Assembly (NCBI GenBank): GCA_021163925.1
Contig: JAGGTD010000002.1
Span: forward strand, 1 to 24,000
Direction of reading: 5' to 3'
Length of the DNA: 24,000 nucleotides
Origin: Nitrososphaerota archaeon
GTDB lineage: Archaea > Thermoproteota > Nitrososphaeria_A > Caldarchaeales > Wolframiiraptoraceae
A program made the position numbers and the translations under genes. This document shows, piece by piece, positions 8,118 through 16,295 of this stretch. Under the pieces are notes generated by a model. That model had not been told where the DNA came from, did no database searches, and saw nothing but the letters and a program-made list of their open reading frames with translations. The first letter of the stretch is position 1. Every line of letters starts with the position of its first letter.

Positions 8118-9752
8118 CTATCTCATAGATGTTAGGAGATGCAGCTTTTTCACCATTGTGGGCAACATAGCTCTGGTGAGCTCGCGGGTGCTTCTAATAT
8201 CGACTCTAGAGTATTCTTTGTCTATGATGTTGGGATCTTTCTCTACGCCGCTTATCCAATCTTCTAGGGCGTCTATGGCAAGAGATGCTAGGTTGCTGAA
8301 TATCCTTGAGAGTAGCGGGTTCTTAATTCTTATCACCCTCCTAGCCAATATCTTGGAGTTGGCGACGCTTAACTTGCAGCCAGCTATCATGCAGTCGATC
8401 GCCTCTTGCGGTAGGTTAGAGATGCCTGAACTCGGGAAATCCACTCCCTTCCTCTCTATTATGGTTCCACCCATGGGTATCAGTAGTAGTGGGAAGGTCC
8501 ATCCCATGAATCCCTCACTCTTCAATCTGTCTATCAACTCTGTAGTCGCTATATAGTCGTCCGGCGTGGCGTCGGGGAAGCCTATGATATAGGTGAAACA
8601 TGGATACCAGTATGAGTCGTTGAATAATTTTGCAGACTCAACCACGATGTTTGGCCAATCCTCTGGCTTCCAAGGATATGCCTTTCCTCTAAAATATTTG
8701 GCGACGATCCTAGGACTCCCGGATTCCAAGCCTACTTGAGGAAACGTCGGCTCAGCATCGCTTAACTCCTGGATCTCGGTTATGTACTTGACAACATCTT
8801 TCAAAACCAGAGCTGAGGCGCAGGAGACGTGTGAGAAACCTATTTTTTTGTCGGGAACTCCCCACCTTCTCGCCAAGTCCACAACTACTTTAAACAGTTT
8901 CTTGACGGCATCGGGGTTTAATTTAAGCCCATGGGCGCCATATAGTAATACGTCCTCCGTAACAAGTGATATATTGTTCTTGATGCCATTCTTCAGGTTA
9001 AACTCCATCTCCTCTACAATAACGTCTAGGGGAAATGATCTAAAATGCCACATAGTTGGATTGCAGAAGTGGCATCTCCTAGGACATCCGCGGGTGATCT
9101 GAACCAGCCCGTTTCTAGAAGGCGTCATTATCAATGGAATCCTATCCAATGGCATGGGCTCTCCTCTAACATATCTCGGAACCTCCTCGCCGTCGAGCAG
9201 TTTCTTGACGATTATTGGGAATGTTACCTCGGCTTCGCCATCAAATAATACGTCTATCCCATACTTATCCTCATATCCTCTTAGCTGCCAATTTCCCGGC
9301 CCACCTATAATCACCTTAAACCCATACTTCTCTTTTAACGCTCTTACGACGTTCATCAGCTTCTCAAACTCAAGCTCGGTACAGCTCTTACCGCCGCCAG
9401 CTAATGCCTTTAAGGTCCAAGTGACCGGAGCTAAACCCTTGGGATCGAGCACGTGTATTGCAACTATCTCCGTATCCCTGTCGATAGCCTTCGCAACCAT
9501 GCGTGGGGGGACGATGAGGACATCATCCCTACTGAAGCCTGCGGCGATTAACGATGCCTCCACCTTACATATAGCGTAGGGAGCATATTTAGCTCTCAAA
9601 CCCTTGGTAGGGACCTTAGGGGAGAGTATGTGGTATTGCACTAGCTCGGGCACGATTCTGTATGGGAGGCATAATCCGAAGCCGAAGAGGTCGGCTCCAT
9701 GATAATCTGTGAAGACCGCCCTATCAGCTGTTAAGATGATCTTATTAGCCAT
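8118..9752 (-). CDS. B12-binding-domain-like radical SAM protein
   Basis: ITRGCPRRCHFCNPT (CxxxCxxC); upstream IIGGPG...YGIDVLFDGEAEVTFP as in B12-domain radical SAM proteins; downstream VGLESGSPR. Confidence 0.85.
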   Translation of the reverse strand: MANKIILTADRAVFTDYHGADLFGFGLCLPYRIVPELVQYHILSPKVPTKGLRAKYAPYAICKVEASLIAAGFSRDDVLIVPPRMVAKAIDRDTEIVAIHVLDPKGLAPVTWTLKALAGGGKSCTELEFEKLMNVVRALKEKYGFKVIIGGPGNWQLRGYEDKYGIDVLFDGEAEVTFPIIVKKLLDGEEVPRYVRGEPMPLDRIPLIMTPSRNGLVQITRGCPRRCHFCNPTMWHFRSFPLDVIVEEMEFNLKNGIKNNISLVTEDVLLYGAHGLKLNPDAVKKLFKVVVDLARRWGVPDKKIGFSHVSCASALVLKDVVKYITEIQELSDAEPTFPQVGLESGSPRIVAKYFRGKAYPWKPEDWPNIVVESAKLFNDSYWYPCFTYIIGFPDATPDDYIATTELIDRLKSEGFMGWTFPLLLIPMGGTIIERKGVDFPSSGISNLPQEAIDCMIAGCKLSVANSKILARRVIRIKNPLLSRIFSNLASLAIDALEDWISGVEKDPNIIDKEYSRVDIRSTRELTRAMLPTMVKKLHLLTSMR

Positions 9753-10019
9753 CTCATAAGTTAATTATTGTAATACTGCACGTTAAACTTATCCACCCTA
9801 AAAAACTGGGAAATGGTATGAGAGCATCCAAGGATAAAATATCGGCCTGTTCATCCCTATTTTTGGATATATTCTGACGGCTGACGCAGTACCCTCCACT
9901 GGCTCTCAAAGCTCGTTTAAGAAAGACTTAGGCTAAGGTAGAGTTTATTAGCAGAGCTTTAAGATCTGTTAAGGAGAGAATTGAGTTTAATACTTAAGGA
10001 ATCGACGTTATTATTGGCG

Positions 10020-10135
10020 GCCGGGGTGCCTTAGCCTGGTAGAGGGTCGGCCTCGAGATCATAGAAGCTGGTCAGAGGCGGGTGAGCCGATGCCCCATGC
10101 GGGGCGCGTGGGTTCAAATCCCACCCCCGGCGCCA
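10020..10135 (+). tRNA. tRNA-Ser(CGA) with long variable arm, encoded CCA, and 27-nt intron at position 37/38 (10058..10084)
   Basis: Acceptor GCCGGGG/CCCCGGC, discriminator G, CCA; anticodon stem TCGGC/GCCGA, loop C-T-CGA-G^A; variable arm GCCCC-ATGC-GGGGC; T-arm GTGGG-TTCAAAT-CCCAC. Canonical BHB: central helix CTCG/CGGG flanked by 3-nt bulges AG^A and TG^A. Confidence 0.92.
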
Positions 10136-10388
10136 GCCTTAAACACACTATATCCTCCCAAATTGGTTAATGGTCTCTCTTTGGGGGTTTCAGGTGAATT
10201 TAAGTCAGTGAGCAAGGGTGTCGGGAGAGATCCTTCTATTCTCTTTTAAGGATTCACTTGATGACCGCGATGGCGTAAGTTGTTCACGACTTCCCTTTTA
10301 ATCCTCTTTTTAAGATTCCTCGGTCTCAAACTCGGCGGCAAACCTCCTCCATGTATGTTTAAATGTCCTCTCTACCCGATCTTATCGA

Positions 10389-11072
10389 ATGAGGTTAAGG
10401 TTTGGTAAGTTCGTCTTGCTGGCCATGACGATCATAATGATCTATGTATTGCTCGTTAGAGGTTTTCCGATCCTCATGGAGTCTCTCAAGAGACCTGATG
10501 GAATTCATCCAAGTCCGGTGGTCGAGCTTCAGGTTGAGTGCGCCGATGGATCGTATATGATCGTGAGAGGTAATGGTTCTCGAACTTCTTGCGCGGTTAA
10601 GCGAGCTTTCCAGCTAGTCTTGACCCTGTTAAATAATAGTAGTGAGCCGAGCGTCAGGGATGTTGAAACGGCTTCTGGGGCGATGATCTTATTGGAGGGA
10701 GGCAGGGTTGCGGGGTATGAGCTAAGGGGATTCGATAGCATAACAGGGGTGACTGAGGAAGGTGAGCTGATTGACCCGATTGGATCGAGGATAATCGAGG
10801 TCTTCTCCAGACATGTTGGTGGCTGGGCTAGGAAGATTGTGAAGCTGAATATAACCGTGGATGAGGGTGTAGGCGTTGTTCAGCTGAGGTTTAGGGGCTG
10901 GATAATCGATGAGGATGATAAGGTTTGGAATCCCATGGATAAAGTTAAGGAATACTATTGTGCTAGAGATCCGCCCGAAGACCCTATTGAGAATCCGCCC
11001 GATTCGAGGTGGAGTGGGAGAAACTTCCTAAAGTATAAGACATATGTAGTTCAGGTTCGAGTTGCTCAATGA
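10389..11072 (+). CDS. Hypothetical protein with a single N-terminal transmembrane/signal-anchor segment, otherwise soluble
   Basis: MRLRFGKFVLLAMTIIMIYVLLVRGFPIL hydrophobic N-terminus; no recognised domain; ATG at 10389. Confidence 0.6.
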   Translation: MRLRFGKFVLLAMTIIMIYVLLVRGFPILMESLKRPDGIHPSPVVELQVECADGSYMIVRGNGSRTSCAVKRAFQLVLTLLNNSSEPSVRDVETASGAMILLEGGRVAGYELRGFDSITGVTEEGELIDPIGSRIIEVFSRHVGGWARKIVKLNITVDEGVGVVQLRFRGWIIDEDDKVWNPMDKVKEYYCARDPPEDPIENPPDSRWSGRNFLKYKTYVVQVRVAQ

Positions 11073-11081
11073 CCCCTCCTT

Positions 11082-11915
11082 CTAATGCTGTGCCACCATT
11101 CCCAATACTCCGACCGCTAGCGTGATCATAGCTAAGATCAAGGTGAATAGATAGGTCTTCAGCCTCTCCGACAATTTTAGGAGACTTGATATCGTGAATA
11201 ATGATGTGATTATCGCCGTGAGCGACGATATTGTTAAGATGAGGATCCTCGACTCAATGAGTATAGGCATGGCCGCGTATGAATAAACTATCCCGCCTAT
11301 CGTCGCAGGTATCCCCATTAGGAAGCTCAGCCTCAGCGAGTCCCTCGAGCTATGGCCTAGCAGGATAAGGGTGAAGATCGTTATCCCACTCCTACTTATC
11401 CCCGGGAGAGCCGAGAGCCCTTGCGCAAATCCCGCCAACACCGCGTCTATGAGACTCACCTCCCTCACCTCATCGACTCCTCCACTCATTCTAGTTCTAA
11501 GCCAGGTGAGGATCGTGGTTAGGAGGAAGAGAGATCCCATGACGATCATCGCGACATTCTCATCAAACGATATGAATTTCCTTGAGAGCTGTGCAAGTGG
11601 GATGGCGACCAGCCCAGTTAAGATTGTGGAGATTATGAGAAACTTGAAGACGGCGAATCCCTCTCTATATCTCCTCGGAGACCTTATCGACGAGAGCATC
11701 TCAAGAATCTCCTTCTTGAAATAGATGATCGCCGCCACAGCCGTTGCGCCGTTTATCACAAGCCCCATCAAATACGCGGTTTGAGCATCAAAACCATAGG
11801 CGAGAAGTGTTAGGAGGATGAGGGTCTTACTGCTGACCGGAAGCCACTCAGTTACTCCTTGGATCAAGCCCGCTAGAAGCGCGGCGAAGAGATCTCGGCT
11901 CAAGTCCATGAGCAT
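11082..11915 (-). CDS. uppP: Undecaprenyl-diphosphatase/BacA family (UppP)
   Basis: GLIQGVTEWLPVSSKT and LPGISRSGITI signatures; multiple hydrophobic helices. Confidence 0.9.
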   Translation of the reverse strand: MLMDLSRDLFAALLAGLIQGVTEWLPVSSKTLILLTLLAYGFDAQTAYLMGLVINGATAVAAIIYFKKEILEMLSSIRSPRRYREGFAVFKFLIISTILTGLVAIPLAQLSRKFISFDENVAMIVMGSLFLLTTILTWLRTRMSGGVDEVREVSLIDAVLAGFAQGLSALPGISRSGITIFTLILLGHSSRDSLRLSFLMGIPATIGGIVYSYAAMPILIESRILILTISSLTAIITSLFTISSLLKLSERLKTYLFTLILAMITLAVGVLGMVAQH

Positions 11916-11985
11916 CGTGTCCGCGTCACACTATTTAGGGAATTTCATCCAAAGAGCAGCTTAAATCCACGCTCCTGGGAGAACT

Positions 11986-13173
11986 TTGAAATACTCTCGT
12001 AACAGAGATGACTTGGAGATGATCATAAGGCTTCCTAGAAGAGTCTCGGAGAAGGAGTGCGCGGTCTGCGGCAAGAGATCAAAACTCATCTCAAATTCCA
12101 TCAAGGTCTGCGTCGACTGTCTGAGGGAGAGGTCTGAGGAAGCTTTAAGGTATCCTATGGAGACGCATGAAGAGGTTAGGAGGAGGTTCGGGCTTCCACC
12201 AACTCCTCCCAGATCGGTGGATGGTGTTAAATGCAATCTATGTAGTGCTGAGTGCGTGATGGGGGAGGGGGAGAGAAGCTATTGCGGATTAAGGGAGAAT
12301 AGGGGTGGAAAGCTATTCTCATTGGCTGACTCGGAGAACGCGCTACTCCACTATTACCTCGACCCCCACGTCACGAACTGCTGTAACGCATGGTTCTGCC
12401 CAGCTGGAACTGGATCAGGCTACCCAGTTTATGCCGTTAAAGATGGCCCTGAATACGGCTACTATAACCTCGCCCTATTCTTCTATGGATGTAGCTTCGA
12501 CTGCCTCTTCTGCCAGAATTGGAGTCATAAGAATTTGAGGGATGCGAAAAGAGTTCATGTGAGGGAGATAGTGGACTTGACCCTCGAGGATAGGAGGATA
12601 ACATGCTGGTGCTGGTTCGGCGGGACTCCCGAACCCCAGCTCCCATTCGCGATAAATGCTTCGAGACTCATCTTGGAGGAAAAGCCGAGCAATAGAATTA
12701 TGAGGATATGTTTTGAGTGGAATGGGTCTGGAAACCCAAACCTCGTTAGGAAGGCGGCTGAATTATCGTTTGAGAGCGGTGGAAACATAAAATTCGATCT
12801 AAAAGCATTTACTCCGAGCGTTCACATGGCCTTGACTGGAAGAGATAATAAGCGGACATTTGAAAACTTTGAGCTAATCTATCGAGAGTTTTATGAGAGG
12901 AGGAGGGGTGTTCCGGTCTTGGCCGCCACAACCCTACTCGTCCCACATTATGTCGATGAGTATGAGGTTTCAAGGATAGCCGAGTTCATAGCAAGCCTAG
13001 ACCCAGAGATACCGTACAGTCTCCTAATATTCCATCCAGACTTCATGATGAGCGATGTGACGGTGACCCCGAGGAAACAGGTTGAGAGCTGCTATAGGGC
13101 TGCGAAGAGATATTTGAAGAACGTGAATATAGGGAACATAGCCTTGCTAGGGCTCGCCGAGGCCGGGCTATAA
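11986..13173 (+). CDS. Radical SAM protein related to PflA/AmmeMemoRadiSam activase, with N-terminal Cys-rich region
   Basis: CAVCGKRS...CVDC; CNLCSAECVMGEGERSYCGLREN; GCSFDCLFCQNWSHKN (CxxxCxxC). Confidence 0.85.
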   Translation: MKYSRNRDDLEMIIRLPRRVSEKECAVCGKRSKLISNSIKVCVDCLRERSEEALRYPMETHEEVRRRFGLPPTPPRSVDGVKCNLCSAECVMGEGERSYCGLRENRGGKLFSLADSENALLHYYLDPHVTNCCNAWFCPAGTGSGYPVYAVKDGPEYGYYNLALFFYGCSFDCLFCQNWSHKNLRDAKRVHVREIVDLTLEDRRITCWCWFGGTPEPQLPFAINASRLILEEKPSNRIMRICFEWNGSGNPNLVRKAAELSFESGGNIKFDLKAFTPSVHMALTGRDNKRTFENFELIYREFYERRRGVPVLAATTLLVPHYVDEYEVSRIAEFIASLDPEIPYSLLIFHPDFMMSDVTVTPRKQVESCYRAAKRYLKNVNIGNIALLGLAEAGL

Positions 13174-14247
13174 TTCCCAGCTAACTGGAACGAATCTATA
13201 GTCGCTCATAAATCCGGGTGGAGGCCTGCCGTAGATCGCTATCGGATATCCGCAGAACTTACACCTATTCTTCTCATCTAGATTCCATGAGAGGATGTCA
13301 AATCCATATCTCTCAACCACAACCTTACCGCATTCAGGGCAATAGGTGCTCTCATACGGGTGACCTGGAACATTTCCGAGATAGACGTATCTCATCCCCT
13401 CCTCCTTGGCGATCTCATAATGCTTCTCAAGGGTCTTGATGGGAGTTACGGGGAGATCTAGAAGCTTGTAGTCTGGATGGAATCTAAGGAAGTGGATCGG
13501 AATATCTGGGCCGAGATTATCATAGATCCACCTCACAAGCCTTCTCGCGGCGTTTAAATCGTCTCCGATCCTAGGAACGACCAAGTCTGTTATCTCGATG
13601 TGTATGTTCGTCTTATCCCTTATCTCTAGAAGTGTCTGGAATATAGGCTCGGGATCTGGGACGCTCGCAAACTTTCTCAGGAAATCTCTATCCGCATTTC
13701 CCTTGAAGTCCACGGTCGCGGCGTCAAGGAAATCCTTCGCCTCGTTCACCGATTCAGGTGTCCAGTAGCCGTTTGTTACGAATACGTTTATCAATCCCTC
13801 CCTCCTCGCGATTACACCGACATCGTGGGCGAACTCCATGAAGATCGTCGGCTCATTATAGGTGTATGCGATTCCATGGCTCCCATGCTTCTTAGCCATC
13901 TTAACGACCAGCTCGGGAGTTACGTCCACGCCCTCAACCCTCCTCCTCTGACTGATATCATAGTTTTGACAATATTGGCATGCCCAATCGCATCCAGTTG
14001 TGGCTATGGAGAAGACCTTAGAACCGGGCGCGAAGTGGACTAATGGCTTCTTCTCGATGGGATCAACGTGGGCGGCGATGATCTTTCCATAGACGAGGAG
14101 GTAGAGGGTTCCATCCACATTCATCCTAACCCCACAGAACCCCACCTGACCCGGCCTAAGCCTACAATATCTCGGACAAGCCTTGCACACGACCATCTTA
14201 TCTCCAATCCTCTCGAAGAGCCTTGCAGGCGCTCCAGAAACTTTCAT
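13168..14247 (-). CDS. amrS: AmmeMemoRadiSam system radical SAM enzyme (AmrS-like)
   Basis: CKACPRYCRLRPGQVGFCGVRMN; TTGCDWACQYCQNYDISQ; GIAYTYNEPTIF; C-terminal YCPECGKVVVERYG...CKFCGYPI. Confidence 0.88.
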   Translation of the reverse strand: MKVSGAPARLFERIGDKMVVCKACPRYCRLRPGQVGFCGVRMNVDGTLYLLVYGKIIAAHVDPIEKKPLVHFAPGSKVFSIATTGCDWACQYCQNYDISQRRRVEGVDVTPELVVKMAKKHGSHGIAYTYNEPTIFMEFAHDVGVIARREGLINVFVTNGYWTPESVNEAKDFLDAATVDFKGNADRDFLRKFASVPDPEPIFQTLLEIRDKTNIHIEITDLVVPRIGDDLNAARRLVRWIYDNLGPDIPIHFLRFHPDYKLLDLPVTPIKTLEKHYEIAKEEGMRYVYLGNVPGHPYESTYCPECGKVVVERYGFDILSWNLDEKNRCKFCGYPIAIYGRPPPGFMSDYRFVPVSWEL

Positions 14248-14336
14248 AGTATCATCCTTAACACCTTTAGCAGAGCATATAAGGTTTTTGATTAGAGGAT
14301 TGCTTAAATCTTCGAAGACCTTGATTATCGGCGATC

Positions 14337-14759
14337 TTGAGAGGGGTTTACTTACTATTGTTAATGGTTGGACGCGATCTGAAGATTAGGGTTGGATCCT
14401 TGGGAGTTGTAAGGTTTAAGAGGGGTTACTACGTCTACGTCGGGTCAGGTCAAAGGTATCTTGAGAAGAGAATTCAAAGGCATAAGAAGAAGATCAAGAA
14501 GGTTAAGTGGCACATAGACTACTTGACGACAAATAGCGGTGTTAGAGTGATGGAAGCGGCGGTATACAATCTACCGAAAAAGTATGAGTGCATATTTGCA
14601 GACATGTTACGGAGCATGGGATTCAAATCCGTTAAGGGCTTCGGATCAACCGACTGCAAGTGCATCTCACATCTGTATCAAATTGATGTGGATTTTGATC
14701 GAATAGTTGATGAGATTTCGGATAAAGTTCGCGTTAAGCCGTTAAGGTTGGATCCATGA
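14337..14759 (+). CDS. DUF123-type GIY-YIG nuclease-fold protein
   Basis: GVYLLLLMV...GYYVYVGSGQRYLEKRIQRHKK...KVKWHIDYLTT. Confidence 0.88.
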   Translation: MRGVYLLLLMVGRDLKIRVGSLGVVRFKRGYYVYVGSGQRYLEKRIQRHKKKIKKVKWHIDYLTTNSGVRVMEAAVYNLPKKYECIFADMLRSMGFKSVKGFGSTDCKCISHLYQIDVDFDRIVDEISDKVRVKPLRLDP

Positions 14760-14761
14760 AA

Positions 14762-14971
14762 TCATCTCCTTCTTCTACCCCTTACAGATCTCCTTGAGAC
14801 CTTCTCGATTATCATGCGAGAATTGTTCACGTCAACCGATATCGCGAGCTCGTCTCCTTCCTTGAACGGAAACTGGCTGTCATGCGCTAGCTTGGCCGGT
14901 ATGTGGATGTAATAGTATTCATTCCCACTCACATGGGTCTTCTTCCTTAGATGGCTCCTCGCCCTCAACAT
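14762..14971 (-). CDS. AbrB/SpoVT-type small DNA-binding protein
   Basis: YYYIHIPAKLAHDSQFPFKEGDELAISVD swapped-hairpin pattern. Confidence 0.6.
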   Translation of the reverse strand: MLRARSHLRKKTHVSGNEYYYIHIPAKLAHDSQFPFKEGDELAISVDVNNSRMIIEKVSRRSVRGRRRR

Positions 14972-15114
14972 CTCCGCCCGCCTCCTATATGGTGGGGAGA
15001 TTGATATATAAAAATTATTGATAAAAAAAGGTTATGATTTTTGGAGAACTTGCTTTAAAGGATTCCGGGAAACCTTTTTATTACGCTCCCTATCGATTGG
15101 ATTTAAGCCTAGAG

Positions 15115-15351
15115 ATGGGGAGGGTTAGGACTAGGAAGGTGAAGGTGCTGGCTAGGGAGATCTTAAAGACATTCCCAGATAGGGTTACAACTGACTTTGA
15201 GCTTAATAAGAAGCTAGTCGGCGAGGTCTTGGTCGGAAGGGTCTCGAAGAAGCTAAGGAATAAGGTGGCGGGCTATCTAACGGCTCTCGCTAAAAAGCTT
15301 GAGGCCGAGAGGCGGGAGGCCGAAGAAGTTAAGGAAGAGGCAACCGCTTAA
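15115..15351 (+). CDS. rps17e: Ribosomal protein eS17 (track ORF 15034..15351 is probably over-extended)
   Basis: MGRVRTRKVKVLAREILKTFPDRVTTDFELNKKLVGEVLVGRVSKKLRNKVAGYLTAL; internal ATG at 15115 matches the family start, with an A/T-rich promoter-like stretch about 30-40 nt upstream. Confidence 0.85.
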   Translation: MGRVRTRKVKVLAREILKTFPDRVTTDFELNKKLVGEVLVGRVSKKLRNKVAGYLTALAKKLEAERREAEEVKEEATA

Positions 15352-15374
15352 ATACGGGGATGAAAGACGTTTAA

Positions 15375-15725
15375 TTGCCCGATGATGAGGATGACCTGCG
15401 CGGAGCGTATATGAGGAGGATGCACCTCTCTGAGGGTTTAGGGATGGGCGGCTCTATCTCGATAAGGTTGATCGGCCTCTTAAGAGGGCTTATTGGATCG
15501 GATTCTTTGGAGATAGGGGTTGAGGGCGAGCTCGGGCTTCTACAAGTCTTAAATATGCTCCCAGAAAGGCTTAAAAGAGAGGTTTTAAGGGGGGCTGGAG
15601 AGCCTTCTCCAAAGATCTTGATCTTGGTTAATGGGGTTGAGGTCACGGGATTCGGGGAGCTTGAGAAGATCAGGGTTGGAGCTGGAGATGAGATAGTTTT
15701 AATACCGATAATTCATGGGGGCTAA
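15375..15725 (+). CDS. MoaD/ThiS/Urm1 (SAMP)-like beta-grasp protein ending in Gly-Gly
   Basis: ISIRLIGLLRGLIG...LLQVLNMLPERLKREVL...PKILILVNGVEVTG...IRVGAGDEIVLIPIIHGG*; true start uncertain (TTG 15375 or a downstream ATG). Confidence 0.75.
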   Translation: MPDDEDDLRGAYMRRMHLSEGLGMGGSISIRLIGLLRGLIGSDSLEIGVEGELGLLQVLNMLPERLKREVLRGAGEPSPKILILVNGVEVTGFGELEKIRVGAGDEIVLIPIIHGG

Positions 15726-15728
15726 GCG

Positions 15729-16295
15729 TTGAGCCTAACATCCTTTGGCGACAAGTGGGTTATGGCAGGGGTCTGCCGAGGGGTTCGAGGAGAGGTTCTA
15801 AGAAGCCCCTTAAAGATTCTCGGAGATCTTAAAGCCTTGGGAGAAGACTTCACGGCTCAAATCTTCGATGCAGAACCCGTAATATCGCTGAGACAGATAC
15901 ACGCGGCCGCGGTTGCAGCCTACCTCTCATTTAAGGCTGGCGTCAATATATCAAAGAGACTTGAGATAGAGTTTCTTTTGAGACTTGCAGCCGATACCCA
16001 GATCGATAGAGCTTTGGAGAAGATCGGCGTTAAGCCTAATTCGAGCGAGGTTGGGTTCTGCATCTTCGCGGATAGTAAGGAGAGGGCGGTCGAGGTTGGG
16101 AGGGTAGCGCTTAGAACTCTCGGCGGAGAAGCCCTAACGGATGCAGAGCTTGGAGTAGAGGATAGGGTGAGGAGCGCCCTCAGATTCTATGGAATAGATG
16201 AGTCTGAGCTCAGAAATGTCCAAGCGGATTCAAGGCTTCAAGCCGCTCTCCTCTTAATCCTTGAGAGGATAGCGACTCTCGACATCAAGCGTTAG
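15729..16295 (+). CDS. cgi121: KEOPS complex subunit Cgi121
   Basis: FDAEPVISLRQIHAAAVAAYLSFKAGVNISKRLEIEFLLRLAADTQIDRALEKIGVK matches the Cgi121/TPRKB pattern; TTG start in the track. Confidence 0.8.
   Translation: MSLTSFGDKWVMAGVCRGVRGEVLRSPLKILGDLKALGEDFTAQIFDAEPVISLRQIHAAAVAAYLSFKAGVNISKRLEIEFLLRLAADTQIDRALEKIGVKPNSSEVGFCIFADSKERAVEVGRVALRTLGGEALTDAELGVEDRVRSALRFYGIDESELRNVQADSRLQAALLLILERIATLDIKR

Noticed and set aside
9154-9579. Plus-strand ORFs 9045..9248, 9154..9579 and 8782..9102-type frames opposite the radical SAM gene
   Set aside because: Low-complexity Ser/Thr-rich translations antisense to a well-supported CDS.
10255-10300. Candidate C/D box sRNA starting at TGATGA near 10259
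   Set aside because: C-box-like hexamer present, but no convincing downstream CTGA D box at a suitable distance.
12305-12788. ORFs 12305..12538, 12437..12646 and 12555..12788
   Set aside because: All overlap the radical SAM coding frame and have no recognisable family pattern.
15360-15374. Short ATG-started frame MKDV upstream of the Urm1/MoaD-like gene
   Set aside because: Four codons only; no evidence of a regulatory leader peptide.
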